The position numbers and the translations under genes were made by a program. From Podarcis melisellensis (lineage: Eukaryota), in assembly GCA_964234715.1 (NCBI GenBank), contig OZ174279.1: a stretch of DNA of 64,000 bases. One strand, given 5' to 3'. Shown here one piece after another: positions 14,239-26,306 of this stretch. Within the stretch, counting starts at the first letter, position 1. Every line of letters begins with the position of its first letter. The notes under the pieces are model-generated. The model had not been told where the DNA came from and ran no database searches. It saw only the letters and a program-made list of their open reading frames with translations.

Positions 14239-14358
14239 ACTTGAATGAATGTGAAAGTAATCCCTGCAGCCAGGAGTGTGCTAATGTATATGGTTCTTAT
14301 CAGTGCTACTGTCGTCGGGGCTACCAGCTGAGTGACATAGATGGCATCACCTGTGAAG
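14239..14358 (+). CDS. FBLN1: Fibulin-1 exon 12 (cbEGF 7)
   Basis: ttcAG|...GAAG|GTggg; [40 protein letters not shown]; absent from ORF track. Confidence 0.96.
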
Positions 14359-14933
14359 GTGGGTAGCAATCGTTATGCACACGGCTCATATTGACTTATG
14401 GAAGCTGCACTGTCCATCTATCCCAATGAGACTGGCAGCAGCTCCCCAAGGGTTCAGGCAGGGGAGTCTTCTGTGGAGGCCTCACTCCCTCGCGTGGGCA
14501 CTTGAAGAACATAGGAAGAGTCATGCTGGATCAGGCCATAGGCCCCTCTAGTCCAACATCCTGCTGTCATAGTGACCAGCCAGGTGCCATGGGCAGCCTG
14601 CAAGCAGGTCTACAAGACCAGAACATCCCTCTCCCGAATTTGGGATACTCAGCAGCTGGTACTGAGAGGCATACTGCCTCTGACACGGGAGAGAGAACCT
14701 ATCTGCCAGGGCCAGTAGTCATGGATTTGTCTGATGCTCTTTTAAAGCCATCCAGTAATGGGAGCGAATTCCAGTTTCTGCTGTTCTTCCAGAAGTGTTC
14801 TCCTATAAACTGCTGAAGCTAGCTGAATTGATTACCTTGGAATTTTGAGGGGAGCGGGGAGCAGGACTGTTTCCATGGAAGTCTAAGATCCAAGTCTCTT
14901 GTGTACTTGCTAATTGGTGAATATGCTTTTCAG

Positions 14934-15065
14934 ATATTGATGAATGTGCCTTGCCCACTGGAGGACATATCTGTGCCTATCGATGCATTAATGTTCCGGG
15001 GAGTTTTCAGTGTACTTGCCCCTCCTCCGGTTACAAAGTGGCCCCCAATGCACGAAACTGTCAAG
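14934..15065 (+). CDS. FBLN1: Fibulin-1 exon 13 (cbEGF 8)
   Basis: ttcAG|...CAAG|GTatg; [44 protein letters not shown]. Confidence 0.96.
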
Positions 15066-15753
15066 GTATGTTTAAAGCATAATGATGTGCAAGTGTGACA
15101 TTCATAAGAAAGAAGCTTGTGATCTAGAGAAGGCAGAATTCTTTTGTCATGTTCTGTTACAAAGAAAGAACTTCTTGATCGAATGCATTTGACAATGCAT
15201 TTGACAAATCATTCCCAAAGTTCGTTCTCTAAATGCTTCTTCACTGGCCTTCTGAATTCAGAAATTTCTTGTCTTCTTCTTAAGGGTCTATCAAAACTGG
15301 CAGGGTTTTTTTTGTGTATGACTAATGCACAATGTTGTTATAACGATGAGAAGCTTGGTGCAGTTCAGCTTGAGATCTGTCCCTCTTTGGAGGGAGCGGG
15401 TTACAGATGTTAAATAGCACAACAAATCTAAGATGTTTGTATTATCCCTGTTGTGTAGGGTTTCCATATCCAGACAGAAAAGTTGTTGAGGGGGGGAAAT
15501 GCTGTTTTTGAGCTATTTTTAAGGAAAAGCGGCACTCTTGACATAGGCTGCCATACGTTCAGATTTCACCCAACATTTCCCCAATTTCCTCCTGGACACT
15601 GCTACTGGCTGCAGTATTCCACATATGTCTGGGGAAATCTGTATGATGTAGGGCAACCCTACCATTGTGGATGATCACTGCAGAATAATCTCAGACTGCT
15701 TGACCACCCTGCTTGTATTTCTTTTTCTTTCCGCCTCCACTCTCACCTATATT

Positions 15754-16481
15754 TAATAATAATAATAATAATAATAATAATTTATTATTTGTACCCCGCC
15801 CATCTGGCTGGGTTTCCCCAGCCACTCTGGGCGGCTTCCATAGAAACCAGAAAACACTAAAATATCATACATTAAAAACTTCCCTGAACAGGGCTGCCTT
15901 AAGATGTCTTCTGAATGTCAAGTAGTTGTTTATCGTTTTGACATCTGATGGGAGGGCGTTCCACAGGGCGGGCGCCACTACCGAAAAGGCCCTCTGCCTG
16001 GTTCCCTGTAGCTTTGCTTCTCGCAATGAGGGAACCGCCAGAAGGCCCTCGGCACTGGACCTCAGCGTCCGGGCAGAACGATGGGGGTGGAGACGCTCCT
16101 TCAGGTATACTGGGCCGAGGCTGTTTAGGGCTTTAAAGGTCAACACCAACACTTTGAATTGTGCTCGGAAACGTACTGGGAGCCAATGTAGGTCTTTCAA
16201 GACCGGTGTTATGTGGTCTCGGCGGCCGCCCCCAGTCACCAGTCTAGCTGCCGCATTCTGGATTAGCTGTAGTTTCTGAGTCACCTTCAAAGGTAGCCCC
16301 ACGTAGAGCGCATTGCAGTAGTCCAAGCGGGAGATAACTAGAGCCTGCACCACTCTGGCGAGACAGTCCACGGGCAGGTAGGGTCTCAGCCTGCGTACCA
16401 GGTGGAGTTGGTAGACAGCTGCCCTGGATACAGAATTGACCTGCGCCTCCATGGACAGCTGTGAGTCCAAAATGACTCCCT
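15754..16481 (-). mobile_element. L2-clade LINE 3' fragment with open RT C-terminal frame
   Basis: ORF 15865-16470 (SRLDYCNALYVGLP, LQLIQNAAARLV, LHWLPV, RAFSVVAP); (ATT)n tail at 15754-15780. Confidence 0.88.
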
Positions 16482-16677
16482 GGCAACTAAAGAGAGCCTT
16501 TCTTGCATCTAGTCTATGGAAGTTTATGCCCTATCTCTCCGAAAGGTTAGCTTTCTAGGTGGAGGGTTGTTCAATTTTGTGTGAAGTAGTCTAGCTGAGG
16601 CACAGAGCAAACTTCATCATTGCCAAATCTATACCCTCACAATAAGCATCCTCTGTTCTCCTCTCCTGCTTTTACAG

Positions 16678-16801
16678 ATATTGATGAGTGTGTTACAGAA
16701 ACACATAGTTGCTCATACAATGAGACCTGCTTTAATATTCAGGGTGGTTTTCGCTGCCTTTCATTGGAATGCCCAGAAAATTATCGCAAATCTGGAGATA
16801 C
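16678..16801 (+). CDS. FBLN1: Fibulin-1 exon 14 (cbEGF 9; last common exon)
   Basis: acAG|...GATAC|GTaagt; [42 protein letters not shown]; ends in phase 2. Confidence 0.96.
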
Positions 16802-17849
16802 GTAAGTACATTTCTTTCTTTCATTAGGCAGCCTGTACTAGTCCCCATCATCATCATCATCATCATCATCAAAGTGAGGAAAGAAAGAAAAGAAAAAATG
16901 CAAATAAAACTAAAAATACAATAAGAAAAAAGATATAATGTGATACACCGAATATAAACAAGTACACTTCCATACATAGATACATAAGTAATGTTATTGT
17001 CCTAACATATATATGATTATTAGTCATCTACTATATTCTGTATAAACTCATTCCAAATATCAATATATTCATCCCAACAAAGTCTGCATCTATAAGCAAT
17101 CTGTTCATATGTTGTGAGTGTTGTCATGTTTTCAGTCCTTTGGATAAGGGGATCATATCGCTATTCTTCCAGGCACTTCTACATGGCAGTTTATCTGCTC
17201 ATATGTGGCTAATTTTGCACGACATCCACATGGCACAGTCCACATCAAAATGATGTACCATATTATTGGCCATAGTTAGGGCACGTAGAATCCATTTTCA
17301 TCATCTGATTGTTACAATACAATAGGCATATAATTCAGAAAAATACACGAGGAGGCTGAATTCTATATGTTTACTGCTTTAAGAACTAAATTACATGTAT
17401 CAGATGCAGCCCAGCAGCAATATCTGCAGCTACAATGTCTTGTAATATTTGGGGGACCCAAAAGGGCTCTGCCCCTAGGAGCTAGCGCCCCTGCTCCAGT
17501 GACCTACTCACACACCTCAGTCTGAATGGCCACGTCATGTCATGGTTGAGGGGAAGAAGGCATTCAGTTTGAGACAAGAAAGACGCTGAGAGCGGCAGCA
17601 GTCAGGCATGCTGAGAGGCCAATTACGAAATGCTATAGGAATGCCTGACCCAAAGGAGGACAGCCCTTGATGTCTGCGTGTGACTGGAGCAGGGGGCAGC
17701 AGCACTAATACATTTGCTTCCTTCTGCACCACCTAAAATATCAGGAGAAGCATGTGGGGGTTTGGGGGGGTGTTGTGGAACTTGTCTGCCATTTCTGATT
17801 ACTATGGTTGTAGGGAGACAAATGAGGTAACTTTATCTAAAGATGACCT

Positions 17850-19006
17850 TGGCACTGTGGTCTAAACCACTGAGCCTCTTGGGCTTGCCGATCAGAAGGT
17901 CGGCGGTTTGCAGATGACACCAAACTGGGAGGGGTGGCTAACACCCCAGAGGACAGGATCACACTTCAGAACGACCTTGACAGATTAGAGAACTGGGCCA
18001 AAACAAACAAGATGAATTTTAACAGGGAGAAATGTAAAGTATTGCACTTGGGGAAAAATAATGAGAGGCACAAATACAAGATGGGTGACACCTGGCTTGA
18101 GAGCAGTACATGTGAAAAGGATCTAGGAGTCTTGGTTGACCACAAACTTGACATGAGCCAACAGTGTGACGCGGCAGCTAAAAAAGCCAATGCAATTCTG
18201 GGCTGCATCAATAGGAGTATAGCATCTAGATCAAGGGAAGTAATAGTGCCACTGTATTCTGCTCTGGTCAGACCTCACCTGGAGTACTGTGTCCAGTTCT
18301 GGGCACCACAGTTCAAGAAGGACACTGACAAACTGGAACGTGTCCAGAGGAGGGCAACCAAAATGGTCAAAGGCCTGGAAACGATGCCTTATGAGGAACG
18401 GCTAAGGGAGAAAGGTTGTTTTCTGCTGCCCCAGAGAAGCGGACACGGAGCAATGGATCCAAACTACAAGAAAGAAGATTCCACCTAAACATTAGGAAGA
18501 ACTTCCTGACAGTAAGAGCTGTTCGACAGTGGAATTTGCTGCCAAGGAGTGTGGTGGAGTCTCCTTCTTTGGAGGTCTTTAAGCAGAGGCTTGACAACCA
18601 TATGTCAGGAGTGCTCTGATGGTGTTTTCTGCTTGGCAGGGGGTTGGACTCGATGGCCCTTGTGGTCTCTTCCAACTCTATGATTCTATGAATCCGCGCT
18701 AAGGGGTGGGTGAGCTCCGATTCCTCGGTCCCTGCTCCTGCCCACCTAGCAGTTCGAAAGCACATCAAAGTGCAAGCAGATAAATAGGTACTGCTCTGGT
18801 GGGAAGGTAAACAGTGTTTCCGTGCGCTCTGGTTTCTGTCACGGTGTCCCGCTGCACCAGAAGCAGTTTAGTCATGCTGGCCACACAACCTGGAAAGCTG
18901 TCTGTGGACAAACGCCGTCTCCCTCGGCCTGAAAGTGAGATGAGCACTGCAACCCCATAGTCGCCTTTGACTGGACTTAACCATCTTTTATCTTTACCTT
19001 ACCTTT
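17850..19006 (+). mobile_element. Sauria SINE split by a CR1 insertion (17850-17910 plus 18691-19006)
   Basis: The head ends GGCGGTTTG and resumes AATCC... after the CR1; the two halves join colinearly with the other copies. Confidence 0.85.
17906..18690 (+). mobile_element. CR1 LINE, 5'-truncated ORF2 3' end
   Basis: Starts at FADDTKL; contains LYSALVRPHLEYCVQFWAP; ends in (ATTCTATG)-type repeat; has an internal deletion/frameshift. Confidence 0.93.
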
Positions 19007-19445
19007 TATACTATTTTCTGTTCCTCATAAGACCGCAAGGTACTTAATACACCAGGCTCTCAGTGGTCTGCCATTCAAACACTGACACAGCTCACAAACA
19101 ATAAACTTCAACAGTGCTAAATTTGTGCTCTCTCTAAAGAACAAGGAATTTTGCATTTTTGGTTAATTTTTGTTCTTTATAAATGACCCAATATTTAACA
19201 TTAAAAAAAAAAAAAGAACATTCATGCTCTGTGGCTTGGAATCAAGTCAAGTATAGTCATTGATTGTGCGGTGGGGGGGAGGGAGTGTTTTTGTGTTTTT
19301 TAAACCAACCCCAAATGGTAAGCTAAATGATCAGAAATGAAACCCAAGAGTTTTTTTTTTTGCACTAACATTTATTTTTCAGGTTTCTGTGACTAACACT
19401 ACAACACAAGGCTGACGAGGTTGCAAAGAGCTCTTTAGAACTATT

Positions 19446-19535
19446 CATAGCTGTCAACGTTTCCCTTTTTAAAAGGAAAATTCCCTTATTCTGAATAGGA
19501 TTCCTCGCAAGAAAAGGGAAAAGTTGACAGCTATG
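19446..19535. mobile_element. 90-bp hAT-type MITE
   Basis: 24-bp terminal inverted repeats (TIRs) CATAGCTGTCAAC(G/T)TTTCCCTTTT with 1 mismatch; 8-bp TSD GAACTATT, right copy interrupted. Confidence 0.82.
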
Positions 19536-19541
19536 GAACTA

Positions 19542-19767
19542 CAGTGGTACCCCGGGTTACATATGCTTCAGGTTGCAGACTCTGCTAACCCAGAAATATT
19601 ACCTCGGGTTAAGAACTTTGCTTCAGGATGAGAACAGAAATTGTGCTCCGGCGGTGTGGCAGCAGCAGGAGGCCCCATTGGCTAAAGTGGTGCTTCAGGT
19701 TAAGAACAGTTTCAGGTTAAGAATGGACCTCCAGAATGAATTAAGTACTTAACCGGAGGTACCACTG
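19542..19767. mobile_element. Tc1/mariner-type MITE
   Basis: TIRs CAGTGGTACC...GGTACCACTG; TA TSD on both sides. Confidence 0.88.
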
Positions 19768-21132
19768 TATTGTGATGCATGAAATCCTATCCTGCCTTTT
19801 TAGCTCAGCATTTGTTTCCCGCTCTTGGAAAACATCTAGTGACACCTACAGACAACCCATGGAATAGCAGCATGTTGGAGAATGTTGTGGGTTTGGACTC
19901 ACCTCAGGCGCTTTAGTGTGCTGGGCCCCAGTATTGAGGTTACATGTCCCCACGGCACACTTCACCTCTGCCCATGCAAGCCAGAGGCCAGATTGGTCTT
20001 TCAGTGCTAGCGGCTTATAGTCATTATGGTGGACGACCTAGGCCTGAACTTTGGTCTTTGAAACCAGCAATATCTGCCAGATCTCTTTGTGGCTACAGGA
20101 TGGAATCATTAGCACACATTTAAGTAAACCCACAATGAAGTGTGTGGTGAATATATGGGGAACCAAACAATAAGATAAGGAGATTGATGATTTCTAAACA
20201 ATTCTAATTCGCCACAGGCAAATCTGCTTCCAACAATATATTTCAGAATCAGCAGAATTTCATTCTACATTTCCCACTATTTTTGCTTTCCAGCATTATT
20301 CTAAATCACAGGAAAAGGACAGCATGGGGCGTATTCAGAAATATGGTATGGGGATTCCCAGAAGCATCTGCATTGCATGGTCCCATCACCAAAGTTTGAC
20401 TACACGGGCAAAGAAGAGAGGAGATTTGTTTAAAAGCAGAATTATTTGAGCTATTTCACAGTTGCAGTGAGGATTACTGCCCATTACTATATACGGGGGT
20501 GGGGGGTGGGGAGAGGTGGACAGAAACTGCCCCATAATCTATACATTTTATAGCTGTGTTGTATAGTTGTGTTTTTAAAAATTGTATCATGTTCTCGCAA
20601 TGCTGTCAAGGCAGTTTTATTTTCCCAAAAATATTGCCCAATCTTAGGCCTCCATAAGCAGTCCACCATTTGACCTGGAAGAAAGCCCTCTCTTTCATTT
20701 TATGGCCTGATTCTCATTGGAGTGGCAAACAGGATTTGTGGCCATACAGCTTCAGAATGCACGACTGAATGTTCCTGTATGCAGAAAAAAAGAGAAATTC
20801 CTTCACATACAAATCTAGCATGTGAGGGGGGATTGATAGATAGCCTATAACACTAAGCTTTGCTGTCTAGCTTTATATGCAGATTGATTTGTTATTTTTT
20901 TATTGGGAAGCTGAGATTCAAGTATGTCTGACATGGTACAGCCCAGACCCAGGTTGATTCCCGCAAGTAGAATTAAGTGCGTAGGGCTAGTCAGCAGTTG
21001 CTCTGTGGTGAGGAAAAGACATCAGTCTTCCAGGTAATTCACTATGTAATATAATATTGGTATCTGTTTCCTGAAAGTGAGAGTGCGGCTGCAGATGTGG
21101 GGACACCTGCACCCATGCTTCATCCTTGGAGG

Positions 21133-21265
21133 CATAGGCATAGCCAAGGGGGGGCAGGAAGGGGCAGCTGCCCCCCCAAATCAATTAAAATATATAGCTA
21201 ACTGTAGTTCTGACCCCCTAACAAAAGGTCTGCTCCCCCCAACAAAAATCCTGGCTACGCCCATG
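21133..21265. mobile_element. hAT-type MITE
   Basis: TIRs CATAGGCATAGCCA / TGGCTACGCCCATG; TSD CTTGGAGG vs CTTGGGGG. Confidence 0.75.
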
Positions 21266-21664
21266 CTTGGGGGTTTCCCGGATTGAAGGCTCTTTTGCTT
21301 TTCTCCAAATACCTGATAAGACATACTCTCGATTTACCTGTGGAATGAAGGAAAGGGGGCTGCAGTCAAGGGAAATGGAACACCCCGCTTCAGAACACAT
21401 TGAGATGGGAGGGGCTCTGCATACCCCAATGAGGGATTTTCAAAGTTAGCCTGGAGCCAATGGACTTTGGCTCGCTCTGCCCTGCTTATTAGGCTGTGCC
21501 AGCTCTGTTGCGTAAAACTCTGCCGCTGAGCTATGATTCCTCCTTCGTTTCATGGGCCAGTAGGTTACAAGTCAAGATACGCTTGGCTTTTCTGCTTTCC
21601 TTTCCTTTCCTCCTTATGGAATGGTTGCTAATCCTCCTCCCTTGTCTTTTCACTTTTCTTGCAG

Positions 21665-22019
21665 TCGTTGCGACCGCTTGCCTTGTCACGAAAATATGGA
21701 ATGCCAGAGCCTGCCCTTGAGAATAACTTCTTATCACCTCTCTTTTCCTACCAACATTCAAGTTCCCATTGACATTTTCCGCATGGGCCCCACCAGTGCT
21801 GTCCCGGGGGATAAAATTCAGCTCTCCATCATCAGCGGGAATGAGGAGGGCTTTTTCACTACCAAAAAGGTCAGCAGCCACAGCCACGTAGTGTCCATGC
21901 AGCAGCCGATCACAGAGCCCAGAGATCTTCTTCTGACGATTCAGATGCAGCTCTTCCGCCACGGAACTGTCACCACCTTCATAGCCAAGCTGTTTGTCTT
22001 TGTCTCTGCGCAGCTTTGA
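21665..22019 (+). CDS. FBLN1: Fibulin-1C alternative terminal exon (domain III, C variant)
   Basis: Long pyrimidine tract, gcAG|T; RCDRLPCHENMECQSLPLRIT...FIAKLFVFVSAQL-stop, the fibulin-1C C-terminus; phase matches exon 14. Confidence 0.96.
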
Positions 22020-22103
22020 TTCCTTGCATGCTGGCACCCCTTGCAGTTTCTCCCCCGCTCCCTTTCTCTTTTTTGACACTGGTTCCCTTCTTACCATTTA
22101 AAA

Positions 22104-22109
22104 AATAAA
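22104..22109 (+). terminator. Candidate polyadenylation signal for fibulin-1C
   Basis: AATAAA 85 nt after the 1C stop, followed by U/GU-rich sequence. Confidence 0.6.
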
Positions 22110-25100
22110 GTTTGAGTGGTAAATCACTTCCTGCATGCTGTGCATTTGCATTTTATTTGTCACCACTCATTTTGCCATAGCATTTTTAACATTCTAGTTT
22201 TCCTGTTTACTTCTCATTTTGATGAGCTCTGCCTATAACTCAGCTTTTGCTGATAGATGTCAGCATCAGGGAGCAACAGCAAGCAGTTGGGGTGGTGTCA
22301 GGGGTGGGGGGCTCAGATCCTGCGTGCCCAACTCCCTGTATATCCCCTTTTAGTGGGGCACTTTAGCTGCTTTCTGCTGTAACAGCCAAGCCACAAGCAA
22401 AGGGCAATTTCATTCTCCACCAGCAGCGTAGTCTGGTTTTCTGGCACATGTGTGCCAGGGGGGTGGGGCAGGGTGTGTGGGTGGGTGAACGGAGTCCACC
22501 ACGTTGGATGAGGCAAAGCGAGGGTGAGACTAGGACTGAAGGGTGCATGACTTGCATCCTTCTCACACTGCCCTACCAGCCCTGCACCGCTTTGGGAGGC
22601 TGGGATCACAGTCATTCAGATCAGATTCCAGCCTTGCAAAGCGCTGCAGGGCTGGCAGGATGGCAAGAGGAGCCAAATGCGCAGTGCCCCCTTAAAAAAG
22701 TGCCTGGGTCCATTGCCCTGGCAGCCCCCCCTTACTTTGCCCCTGTTCTCCATGCCCCCATGGGAAAAGCAACCATTCTCTCTTGTATTTAACCACTTCA
22801 GCAGCAACGAAGACATAGGCAAAGAGCTCTTAGCCACACTGTTCCTCAGCCAGTTTCCCAAGAGACAGGCAAAGGAGTAGCTAGGGCATGGGGCTTGTGT
22901 GCTCTCTGTCTCTCGCTCTGTGTGTGTGTAAACTTTACCAGTGTCTCATCCTGGGTGGGAGGATGCCAGTTGCCAAATCCAGCATTGCTGACCTTTCAGT
23001 CTTTACTAAGCTGAAAATGAGTTGTTGACTTTGACTGTAAGTCAGGACTGGAGAAGTTCAGAAGTGTGTGTCATTTCTAGATTGAGTGGACTTGTTAAGT
23101 GCACCCCATAAATAACAACTAGGGATCTATTTTCACAGAAAGAATCAGGTGTGGGAACTATAGTTAAAATGCCGTAGGGCAATCCAGAGTTCACCATGGC
23201 AGATACAGGATTGTTAAAGGCTTCCATGGACTTTTGTCCTGTATGAAGTAACTGGGCTTTCTCTGCTGCCCCAGTTACACTCTTGGGGGCAGCCGATGAG
23301 ACTATTGGGGTGCTGGGTGAACTCTCCCAAAGTAGTCAAAATCTGTTCCTGAATTATTTTAAGTCCCCTTTAAATCCTATGGCTGACATTGCCTAGGGTG
23401 AAATGCTAAAGTCTGATTGGAATCCACCTTCAAACAGAACATATCGTTTCCTATTTATAATTACCACAACATAAGGAAAAAACTATGCAGAAGCTTTGTT
23501 GGAATCAAAGTGATTCATGCAGGGCACAGGTGTGATGGAAAACTTTCCTGAATATTCTGCACATTTCTTAAGAAGAGAACTTTTTTGCCAGGGATAACAC
23601 ACCCAGCTTTTATCATTTATGCATAATATCTAACTTACTGGCAATTCTTGGACCTTTTGCACACCTGGCTATGCCCCATCAAATGTAACCATTCATCTAG
23701 CAAGTGCTTCAAAGCATGTCCAATGGGTTGGCACTGTTCGATTTATGTCTGCACACATCCAAATCCACTGTTTTAGGACTTTGCATGGCATTCTGTTAAG
23801 GAGGTCTGATGTACAGAGCACAAGTTCTTGGCACATCCTTAAAGGGGGATGTTTTCAATATTTCCACAGGCTAGATCCTACAAAATTATGTGCACTATGG
23901 TCAGGATATCCCATGTGCCAAAGAAATCAAAGCTATATAGTGAGAGAGAAAATCATGTAGTTCGATGACATATACTCTTTGAATGATGTTAACTGGACTG
24001 CAGTTTTTGAGTTTTCACCATACTGCCCTGAAAACCTTTCAGTTATAAATGCTATTGTTAAACAATTCACATTAACTTTAGTACATCCTGTATGTATCTC
24101 CAGGCTGCTTTGACAGAGCCATGTAGATGTCTCAGCTAAATTCAAACACTTCTGTTACTTGGGCCAAATCAGGACCATACATTAAACTGGACATCTTCAA
24201 TGTGGACCAAGAGGACTACTTTGGCCAAAGTTCGGCAGCAAAGTTCTATCAAAGTGTCCTAAAAAGTATTGAAAAGCATAAGAGAATGAAGTTGGATGTA
24301 CATCTCTGTGAAGTGCATCCACAATTCAGAGGAGAGCAGACTATACTATATGGACTCAGCTGCTTGTGTCTGCAGAAATGACCACTTTGCAAATGCTACA
24401 TAATGTTTATTCTCCACTTAATCCTTCAGTGTGGCGGCACCTGCACTGTGAAACTCTCTGCTAATTGATCTTAAGCAGGTGACTTCATTGAATTGCCCCC
24501 CCCCCCGCCAGCACCTGGCAGAATTTTTTTTTGTTTAGGCAAGTCTACCCAGACATGCAAATTTGGCGTGTATTTTAATGTGTAGTTTTATTTCATAATT
24601 TTATTTTTTACTTCTATATTTTGAAATATTTTAGGTCAGCTTGTTTTCAACATATGAGTTGACTGATAATTTTTAAGCATATTTCATGTAAACTGCTTAG
24701 AGGTTTTGATGATTAAGTAGCATATAAATTCTGTTAAATAAATATTACATATCTATGTGCATCACAGAGACTCTGCCCTCTGATCCCGTGATCAGCCAGA
24801 AACATGCCAGGGAGGCAAACTGCTGCCTCAGCACCAGCCTGGCTGCTTCTGATTCTCTTCTGTTCCAGCTCCCACCTTGCTGGCAACCGTCCAGAGAGAG
24901 GCTGCGAAGCATAGACAGGAGTTCTCTCAGGATTGCAAGCCAAAGAGTTTGGGTGGAAGAAAAAAGCGGGGGGCTTGCCTGGCCTCTCCCCAGTCCTTCC
25001 TGTGTTGCTTCTGCTTCACTGTTGCTGCCGGCTGCCCTTTGCTTCCCGCCATATTTATGGGATTTCATGGGATGCATATGTTGTATGAGGCCAGATAATC

Positions 25101-26306
25101 CTCAGGCACATGGCACCACATCTCACAAACTCTCAATATTCTCTCCCTCCTTCCCTTCCCCCCTCTCTCTCACACACCCTAAATAATTCCTCTCCACCTA
25201 CTTTTTTAGTTGTATGCATAAACATTTTAGCCATTGCAACAGATGCATCTGCAAACATGTCTAGCATACTTGTCAGGTAGCCAGAGCTGCCCAAAGCTCA
25301 TTGTTGACTGCACAGTCCTTTGCAAATACAGGCCCTTTAGCTCCAAGGACAATGAGCATCCATGGATATGTGGTCACAGGTTCATTGCATGGTCAACTGT
25401 ACACGATGCCTCAGCAAGCCAGTAGCAAAAACTAAAGCTTAGATTGGCTTCAAAGTCTTTAAACGAAGCCTTATTTGAGCTACAAAATAAGGAACGCAAG
25501 ACTTTGGCCCAGTGCCTTGCAAAATACTGCTGCATTCTAGTATATTACTGAATGCATATATTATTCTAACTGCCTTTAAAAACATACTGCAGTCCAGATT
25601 AAATCATATTAGATGGATAATTCTATGTTGCATCTAACTGGAACATTTAAATAGACATAATTATATGGCACCATTGGGGGGCCTGTCTGGATGAGAATGA
25701 TAACATGATTCCTTGCTTGAAAGATTTAACAAATTAAATGGAAAAGATACCCCCCCCCAAAAGGTAGCAAGCAAAAGTTCAGAACAGGAAAGAAAAATAT
25801 TGGAATGTGCCATGTTCCAAAATAGAAAATGTTAAAATCAAGACTGGACCATCCTTTAGAGGAAAAAGGAGAAGGTCCACTTGTACGCTGCTGGAGTAGA
25901 AGAGGAAGCCTGTCTGCATAACTGGATCTCACCTGTAAGGAGGTGCCAAGGGGCTGAGGTGTGTGAAGTGGTTCCTTATTATTTTAATTGTAATTTTGCA
26001 GTTTGTTTTAAAATGCTTTCATGCCATATTCCACTTGGGGAAGGCAGCTTAGAAGTCTCTTCAGCAATCCTCACGGGGAGAACTTTTTCTCCTCCTCTAA
26101 AAATAGCAGGTAATCCAAAGAAGCTGAATATATAGGAAAAATCAGGGCAAACAAAGGGAGCCTCCCCCCCCCCCAAGTGCGTGGACTGGAAGGTGCTGCC
26201 ACAGGTTTAAAAGGGAGGGAGACAGAACCATGGAGGAAAAGCCTATCCGTGGCTGCTTCCCATGAGGGCCTCCAATTGGTGTGGAACATGTGAGGACATT
26301 CATGTA

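Noticed and set aside
15865-16470. Nested antisense protein-coding gene (201 aa)
   Set aside because: Motifs, tail and second copy show it is a truncated L2-clade RT fragment
19380-19388. Recursive splice site (AG|GT)
   Set aside because: GTTTCT is a poor donor and the intron is short; kept only as a candidate acceptor
21531-22097. 188-aa antisense ORF over the 1C exon
   Set aside because: Shadow frame of the real sense exon; no independent support
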